This document shows, piece after piece, positions 38,266-44,392 of a DNA stretch of 44,392 nt (its first letter is position 1; each line of letters begins with the position of its first letter). Source of the stretch: a virus (taxonomy: Duplodnaviria > Caudoviricetes); the IMG/VR virus record IMGVR_UViG_3300025844_000379, positions 1 through 44,392 of that record. One strand, given 5' to 3'. The notes beneath the pieces were generated by a model. That model saw only the letters and a program-made list of their open reading frames with translations, did not search any database and was not told the DNA's origin. The translations under genes and the position numbers were made by a program.

Positions 38266-38737
38266 ATGTTAATTGGTCCGGATGTATTAATTTTACATTA
38301 TATTTAGTACAACCACGACGAACTTGGTCTGTCATATCATCAACCAAAATTGAGCACCCCAATTCGTGCGACTTTTTGCCCTTCCATTCTAAATAATTAA
38401 ATGCCGCTGGCGCAAGTTGGTTTATTCTATCTTCTACTTCTGGATCAATTAATTTAAAATTTTGGTTAGCATACCACGAATATTTTTGATATTCCATTCT
38501 AAATTCAACAGGTATGCCATGTAATCCTTTGAAAAATCTTTCATCCAATAAATCATTTTCATAGGCAATGTCCTGCCATACTTCATCTAACCAAGACCCG
38601 GTCCTAAATGTAATTAGATAAAAGTTTTTAGTTCGATAATTATCCAAAATATATTTCTGAAGTTTCTGAGAATTCAACCCATTACCTATTAATGTGTCAT
38701 CAATATCAATTCCGATATTCTTATGCGAATTAAGCAT
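38249..38737 (-). CDS. HAD-superfamily phosphatase (nucleotidase-like)
   Basis: IGIDIDDTL, ITFR, K, LVDD. Confidence 0.75.
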   Translation of the reverse strand: MLNSHKNIGIDIDDTLIGNGLNSQKLQKYILDNYRTKNFYLITFRTGSWLDEVWQDIAYENDLLDERFFKGLHGIPVEFRMEYQKYSWYANQNFKLIDPEVEDRINQLAPAAFNYLEWKGKKSHELGCSILVDDMTDQVRRGCTKYNVKLIHPDQLTYDYNT

Positions 38738-39191
38738 ACACTATTTTCCAATTCTTATCATCTCTAACATATCTATTGTAGATAGTATAATTTTTTGATA
38801 ATTTGTCAAACGGTAAAACCGTATTCAATTCGTAGTTTAATACATAATCATTTATTATCAATATCATTAACTCATCCGATCGATCAAGATCTCGTATGTA
38901 CAATAGTTCCATACAATTATAATATAATTCTTCAAAAGTTAATATTAATGTTTCAGCCATCATTACTGCTCTTGCCACCGAATCATAGCCGTTAAAATAA
39001 ACTATTTCCCAAGGACTTGGCCATTCTTCTGGTCTATCATAATCTAAACAAAAAGTTTGCATGGGGGCTTGCCACCAAAAATTACTCACACTTTCTAATT
39101 GTTTTTCAAACGATTTTTCTTTTAACTCATCACGCAAATCGCGCCAAATCTTAATTCGTTCTACCGGGTTTAGAATAAATGGATTGATCAT
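38730..39191 (-). CDS. Conserved phage hypothetical protein
   Basis: R...WR..R, WWQAP, WPSPWE, VLNY. Confidence 0.7.
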   Translation of the reverse strand: MINPFILNPVERIKIWRDLRDELKEKSFEKQLESVSNFWWQAPMQTFCLDYDRPEEWPSPWEIVYFNGYDSVARAVMMAETLILTFEELYYNCMELLYIRDLDRSDELMILIINDYVLNYELNTVLPFDKLSKNYTIYNRYVRDDKNWKIVYA

Positions 39192-39203
39192 ATATTACCT
39201 ATT

Positions 39204-41264
39204 TTAAATGGAATTATTATATTCGTAATTATAATACATAATTACGGTTTCGCTTTCACTATTCGAGGAACGTAATGTGCATACACTGCCACTAACTAAT
39301 ATATTAAATTGGATTCCCATCGCAGACCCTACTTCTGTATATTCTTCGTCAAATATGGCAGTGCCATTAATTTCAGAATTAGTTATAATATTAAATTTGC
39401 CCAGTCTTCTTTTGGCTGATACCGGAGGAGTAATATAATTGGGCACCAAAACGTAATTAATTTCTATTGTATTTGCTGCCTGTTGATCAAAAACTATAAT
39501 AGGAAGGTTTGCTCCCGGTGTTAGAGATAGTTTTCTAAGTTGCTTTTGAACAAAATCCTGCGAATTTAAAACAATATTTGCATCTGATCTAGAATAATTT
39601 ACCCGTTTAATATTATGTCCACCAATGGGCAATGTGGGTCCAAGTAATGGTTGTTTATTTAATTCATCAACAAATGATCTGCCAAATGTATCACCAATAG
39701 ATGCATTTAAACTACTACCCGGTTTAAAATTAATTATAGGAGTAGTTGGGGAAACTGCAAGAGCCGTAAAATCTAAACTTCCATTATTTGTTGAATTATT
39801 ACCAACATTATCAAATCTATTACCAATAGAAGTTACGCCGCCACCAATATATTCAATATCTGTTTTAGCCAAAGCTGACAAATATGCTGGATCAGATATA
39901 TTAGATTCTATACCTTCCCGTAATATATTTGAAAAATACGAATTTGTAACTTTAATATGCTTTGGTCCTGCAGAGCCATAGGTAATTTGGTTGTTGGGTA
40001 TTGGTTGATTTTCCTGTTCAGCAACCACCACACCTTTCAAATGTCTATTAAAAGTATTATTAATATATGAAATGTTGGATACATCATCGGTTAAAACAGC
40101 GGCATATGTTGTATCTTCAAAATCACAATTTATAAATGTAATATTACTTGGTTTGTATTTATGATCCATCGCCGCATATGAATCAATTACCATTGCAATA
40201 CTATCACCATTTATTCCTACAACGGATTGAACTGACGGTTGACCCGGAAAATACCTTACTATTCCTGGTGAATTATTAAAATCAGAAACCGTTTCATTCA
40301 TTATCGACCAATTACCTTTAAATTTACAATCACTAAATGTAACATTTTTCGCACGTATTAGCCTACCTATATCAAAAGGAGTATTTGTATTGTTGCTTTG
40401 GTTATAATTGATTTCAAAAGTAATTCCAGCAACAAAAATATTATGAGGCAATACTGTTGATCCTGAAAGAGGAAATGTGTCAACTATATTGGTATAACTA
40501 TGTTCGTAAATAGCAGCCGCACTTCCAGCATCTTCTGGCTGTAACAATCCGTCAACAGTAAAAAATAAACAGCGATGACGATGATCTAAAGAATTGGTCG
40601 AACTTACTAATGAAATAATAGTATTTTCCTTACCTTCACCAATCCAAGTTGAAAGTGGCGGCAATAATATGCTGTCATTAACAGCGTAAACTCCTGCCGG
40701 AAAATGAAGAGCTTTTGGCTGATATTCATTTTCAGTGGTTGTTTTATTGGTAACATTTACTGCATCAAGGGCCGCTCTACGCAGTGCATAAGTTTCTGCT
40801 GTCATGGCAGTATTTGAAGGTAATGTGGTTAAATCACGTTGAGCATCACCTCGCGCGCCATATGATTTAACTGAAACCATTTCGTCTAACCGTTCCTGCA
40901 ATTTTCTTACCACATAAATTTCATTCGTTTGGGATCCGTTACTGTAACTTAAAATGGGGGTCGCAAAATCATTACCCTGAGCAAACCCTGCGGTAATGGG
41001 GTCAAAAGTTATTCTTCTATTTCTATATGAATATTGTAATAGATTTTTTACATTATCACTCCATTCGGTTAGAATTTGCGTATTAGCATACGGAAATATG
41101 TTGTTAGTTGCCCTAAATGCAGCAACTGGTAGATTTGGAGTACCAACAAACAATTCACCAGTATCAAGAGTTAATCCAAGCTCTCCTTCTTCCAACGAAG
41201 GATTTGGTAAATCATCTCTTAAACCTCGTCTGTGCTTTATTTGACTTATTTGAACAATGGCCAC
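39204..41264 (-). CDS. Virion structural protein with a pectate-lyase-like beta-helix
   Basis: QIKHRRG...GELG...DTGELFVG N-terminal module; SVKSYGARGD, LHFPAGVY, GEG; GTG start. Confidence 0.8.
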   Translation of the reverse strand: MAIVQISQIKHRRGLRDDLPNPSLEEGELGLTLDTGELFVGTPNLPVAAFRATNNIFPYANTQILTEWSDNVKNLLQYSYRNRRITFDPITAGFAQGNDFATPILSYSNGSQTNEIYVVRKLQERLDEMVSVKSYGARGDAQRDLTTLPSNTAMTAETYALRRAALDAVNVTNKTTTENEYQPKALHFPAGVYAVNDSILLPPLSTWIGEGKENTIISLVSSTNSLDHRHRCLFFTVDGLLQPEDAGSAAAIYEHSYTNIVDTFPLSGSTVLPHNIFVAGITFEINYNQSNNTNTPFDIGRLIRAKNVTFSDCKFKGNWSIMNETVSDFNNSPGIVRYFPGQPSVQSVVGINGDSIAMVIDSYAAMDHKYKPSNITFINCDFEDTTYAAVLTDDVSNISYINNTFNRHLKGVVVAEQENQPIPNNQITYGSAGPKHIKVTNSYFSNILREGIESNISDPAYLSALAKTDIEYIGGGVTSIGNRFDNVGNNSTNNGSLDFTALAVSPTTPIINFKPGSSLNASIGDTFGRSFVDELNKQPLLGPTLPIGGHNIKRVNYSRSDANIVLNSQDFVQKQLRKLSLTPGANLPIIVFDQQAANTIEINYVLVPNYITPPVSAKRRLGKFNIITNSEINGTAIFDEEYTEVGSAMGIQFNILVSGSVCTLRSSNSESETVIMYYNYEYNNSI

Positions 41265-41361
41265 GGAAATTTTCCTTTTAATTCTTATTTAAGTATTTAT
41301 TAATATATATTTTTGTTGTTGATTCATTTATACTCAGTAAAAATTTGTAACGGAGTATATT

Positions 41362-41715
41362 ATGTGCTTAGATATTAATGAAAAGAATAAAAACGATAAT
41401 CTAGTAGCTGAATTTAGTTCAATTATTGCCGAGGAATGTTCGGATCCCATATATAAGAGGTTGTCGTTTGATAGTTCATATACATTTTCATCAAGTGATA
41501 TTGTGGCATCAAATATAAATTTTGATGATACATATAAGCTAGTAGTTCATTTAAACGGAGATCCCGTTGAAATAACTTATGAAAAGCTACGTATGGTTGG
41601 TAAAATAATGAAATTAGTTGATGCAGATGAAATTGTAAAAGAAGAATGGGAGAGATTTTTAACTTTTGTAAAATTGCGAGATTTTAATGAAGGTTTCCCT
41701 CATCAAAACAGTTAA
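41362..41715 (+). CDS. Hypothetical protein (DP..KEEW..F...LR family)
   Basis: DEIVKEEWERFLTFVKLR. Confidence 0.65.
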   Translation: MCLDINEKNKNDNLVAEFSSIIAEECSDPIYKRLSFDSSYTFSSSDIVASNINFDDTYKLVVHLNGDPVEITYEKLRMVGKIMKLVDADEIVKEEWERFLTFVKLRDFNEGFPHQNS

Positions 41716-41779
41716 CATTGTATCTTGACAATATTTTTAACATTAAATATTATTTGATGAATTATCATGGAGACTAATT

Positions 41780-42241
41780 ATGGGCTTGTTCAACGATATC
41801 AAAAATAATATCCAAAAATGGCAATGGGCTGATGAAAAATCACAAAACAAAAAAACTACTACTTCAACTGAATCGTCCCAGAAAGATACCGTTCATGAAA
41901 AACTTATATCAGATATGGATGATATGCTTAGATCTTTTAAGAACAGAGAATTATTAAATAAAGTTATGACTAGAGAATCCGAAGATTCAAGGTATGGCAA
42001 TTTTTCATGGTCTCCCCAAACCAAAGCATTCAATTCTTCCTATAAATATTCAATTAATACCAACGGCACAACCACAAGAGAAGTATCAAAAGTGGTTACC
42101 ATTGAGGATTTTGAGTTATTACAAGAATATAAATCATTACAATCAGAAATAGAAAGCGATCCACTTATTAAAGAAGAATGGGATAAATTTATGTTTTTCA
42201 GAAAACTTAGAAAAGCGGAAGACAATGACAAATCACGTTGA
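41780..42241 (+). CDS. Hypothetical protein (same family)
   Basis: DPLIKEEWDKFMFFRKLR; TTGACA promoter at about 41726. Confidence 0.65.
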   Translation: MGLFNDIKNNIQKWQWADEKSQNKKTTTSTESSQKDTVHEKLISDMDDMLRSFKNRELLNKVMTRESEDSRYGNFSWSPQTKAFNSSYKYSINTNGTTTREVSKVVTIEDFELLQEYKSLQSEIESDPLIKEEWDKFMFFRKLRKAEDNDKSR

Positions 42242-42601
42242 TGGAATAGCAATCACCGAAAGTGAAAAAATCAGTTTTGATGAATTCTGCTTTTTAAAAA
42301 AAAATCAGAAGATCCTAAAATACAATCCTGTTGGGAAGAACTTGGATTATTACAAATATTGCGAAAAAATAATGAACTAACTACTGTTAATAAAGATTTT
42401 TCCGTTTTGATGCGAGTTGAACTTAAAATGTCAGAGGATGCCGATGGTAAATTAATTATTGAAAGTCCAATGTCATCTGTGCCGGAAGGATATTATAAAA
42501 TGATTGATGAATATTATGAATTTATTAAAATAATAGAAAATGATAATATATTATTAGATAAATTAATACATGTTTTAGAAAAATATAAGAATAAGGAATA
42601 A
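42225..42601 (+). CDS. Third family member, interrupted by a -1 frameshift at T5A9
   Basis: ATG 42225 ...ISFDEFCFLKK; the -1 frame continues SEDPKIQSCWEELGLLQILRKNN into ORF 42359-42601. Confidence 0.6.
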
Positions 42602-42602
42602 A

Positions 42603-43574
42603 ATGAAAAAAACAGCTTTTGTTACCGGAATAGCAGGCCAAGATGGTGCATATTTGGCTAAACTTTTGTTAGAAAAAGATTATAGAGTTTTTGGTTTAAT
42701 TAAAAGATATACCAATCCAAATTTTTCTAATATGGAATATTTGGATATTATGAATGATATTGAATTGGTTAATGGCGACTTAACCGACGAAGGTAGTCTC
42801 ATGAGCATAGTTAAATCCATCCGTCCAGATGAAGTTTACAATTTAGCTGCTCAAAGTTTTGTGGGAAGTAGTTGGGAACAAAGTAAATTAACTACCGATG
42901 TAAACAGTTTGGGTGTTCTTTATATTTTAAATGCACTTAAACATTTCAGCCCGTTAAGTAAATTTTACCAAGCATCAACCAGTGAAATGTTTGGCAATAG
43001 CCACATAAATGGCTTACAAAATGATGAAACACCATTTAAACCCAGATCACCATATGCTATTGCTAAATTATACAGCCATTGGATGACCATTAATTTTAGA
43101 GAAAGCTATAACATGTTTGCTTGCTCTGGAATTTTATTTAATCACGAAAGCCCAATACGTGGAAAAGAGTTCGTTACTAGAAAAATTACAGATGGTGTTG
43201 CTAGAATAAACGCCGGATTGGACACACATATCAGTTTGGGTAACACAGATAGTAAAAGAGATTGGGGCTTTGCTGGAGATTACGTCGAGGCCATGTGGTT
43301 AATGCTTCAACAGGATACCCCAGATGATTATATTATATCAACAGGCGAAACACATTCTATTGCAGAAGTTTTAGATATTGCTTTTGGTGAAATTGGCGTA
43401 TCTAATTGGCAACCATTCATCAAAATAGATCCAAGGTTTAAAAGACCGGCAGAATTGTTCAGTTTACATGGTGATTCCGCTAAAGCCAAAAACAAACTAG
43501 GTTGGACTCCTAAAATGAAATTCGCTGATTTAATCAGCTTAATGACACGAGAAGATATTAAAAGATATAGCTGA
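42603..43574 (+). CDS. gmd: GDP-mannose 4,6-dehydratase
   Basis: TGIAGQDGAYLA, YNLAAQSFV, YQASTSE, SPYAIAK, FNHESP, RDWG. Confidence 0.97.
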   Translation: MKKTAFVTGIAGQDGAYLAKLLLEKDYRVFGLIKRYTNPNFSNMEYLDIMNDIELVNGDLTDEGSLMSIVKSIRPDEVYNLAAQSFVGSSWEQSKLTTDVNSLGVLYILNALKHFSPLSKFYQASTSEMFGNSHINGLQNDETPFKPRSPYAIAKLYSHWMTINFRESYNMFACSGILFNHESPIRGKEFVTRKITDGVARINAGLDTHISLGNTDSKRDWGFAGDYVEAMWLMLQQDTPDDYIISTGETHSIAEVLDIAFGEIGVSNWQPFIKIDPRFKRPAELFSLHGDSAKAKNKLGWTPKMKFADLISLMTREDIKRYS

Positions 43575-43576
43575 TA

Positions 43577-44371
43577 ATGATTACCTTTTCCGCTTTTACT
43601 ACTTTGCATAGATCCGGGTACGAAGATTATGGTTACAAAAATATTTCTTCGTTCCTGGATTATTGGCCGAATGATATTAAATATTTTGTATATACCGAAG
43701 ATTTTTCTATCAAGCAAAATTATAAAATTAAAAATATCAACTTAAAAAATTTAAATGATTTAAACAAATTTAAAAGTAAAAATAAAAATATATCAAAATT
43801 AAATGGTTATAAAAATACAAAATATGATTTTTTATATGATTTTGTAAAATTTGCTCATAAAAGTTATGTAATGTTTCATGCAATAGAAAATTTAACAACA
43901 GATTGGGTAATATGGTTAGATGGAGACAGTATTACTCACACAAAAATACCCGTTAAATTTTTAGAAAAGTTATGCCCTTCCAATAGTTTTGTGACATATT
44001 TGGGTAGAAAAAAAATGTATACTGAAACTGGGTTTTTGGCATTCAATAGACGACACCCTAAGATTTTGGAATACGTTAAACAAGCCAAAAATATTTATGA
44101 TAATAATCTAATTGAAAATAATTCGTATTTTAATGAAGGGTATACCGATTGTCATGTATTTGATTTTGTAAGGTTGCAATTAGAAAAAATAGGTGTAAAA
44201 TCAAACAATATAGGAACGAATGGGGACGACAAGCATCCGTTTATTAATGGAGAACTTGGTAAATACATGGACCATTTGAAAGGACCAAGAAAAGACCGAG
44301 GAAGCAGTAAATTAATTGATTTAAAAAATGGTTCGCATAAACTGCACCCTTATTGGCAAGCAATTAAATAG
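43577..44371 (+). CDS. Putative glycosyltransferase (GT-A fold)
   Basis: KFAHKSY, WLDGD, YLGR, ETGF, DCHVFD, HLKG. Confidence 0.75.
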   Translation: MITFSAFTTLHRSGYEDYGYKNISSFLDYWPNDIKYFVYTEDFSIKQNYKIKNINLKNLNDLNKFKSKNKNISKLNGYKNTKYDFLYDFVKFAHKSYVMFHAIENLTTDWVIWLDGDSITHTKIPVKFLEKLCPSNSFVTYLGRKKMYTETGFLAFNRRHPKILEYVKQAKNIYDNNLIENNSYFNEGYTDCHVFDFVRLQLEKIGVKSNNIGTNGDDKHPFINGELGKYMDHLKGPRKDRGSSKLIDLKNGSHKLHPYWQAIK

Positions 44372-44392
44372 GAGATAACATGTATTCGCTTT

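Overview
AT-rich, densely coding segment of a large tailed (jumbo myovirus-like) phage genome. The host is probably an alphaproteobacterium, judged from a permuted two-piece tmRNA with tag ANDNREPLRMAA and an alphaproteobacterial-type PncB. Contents: split type IIA topoisomerase genes separated by four small paralogues; a folE-queD-queE (7-deazaguanine) cluster interrupted by one intact and one decayed homing endonuclease; a stand-alone Smr protein; the N-half of a GMP reductase fused to a split-intein N-fragment that contains an in-frame TGA; a radical SAM protein; a SleB-type hydrolase; a tail fibre; a SLOG protein; an HhH glycosylase; a divergent methyltransferase/putative restriction endonuclease pair; CysRS plus a catalytic-domain-only GlyRS-like protein; a complete four-gene Preiss-Handler NAD+ salvage operon (pncB-nadE-nadM-pncA); a PAAR-peptidase fusion; MazG-like, esterase, amidoligase and HAD genes; and gmd with a glycosyltransferase. 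The strongest leads are the four-enzyme NAD+ rebuilding operon, a restriction nuclease that may be virion-packaged, and a possible tmRNA+Smr ribosome-rescue pair. All calls come from reading motifs by eye; no database searches were run.
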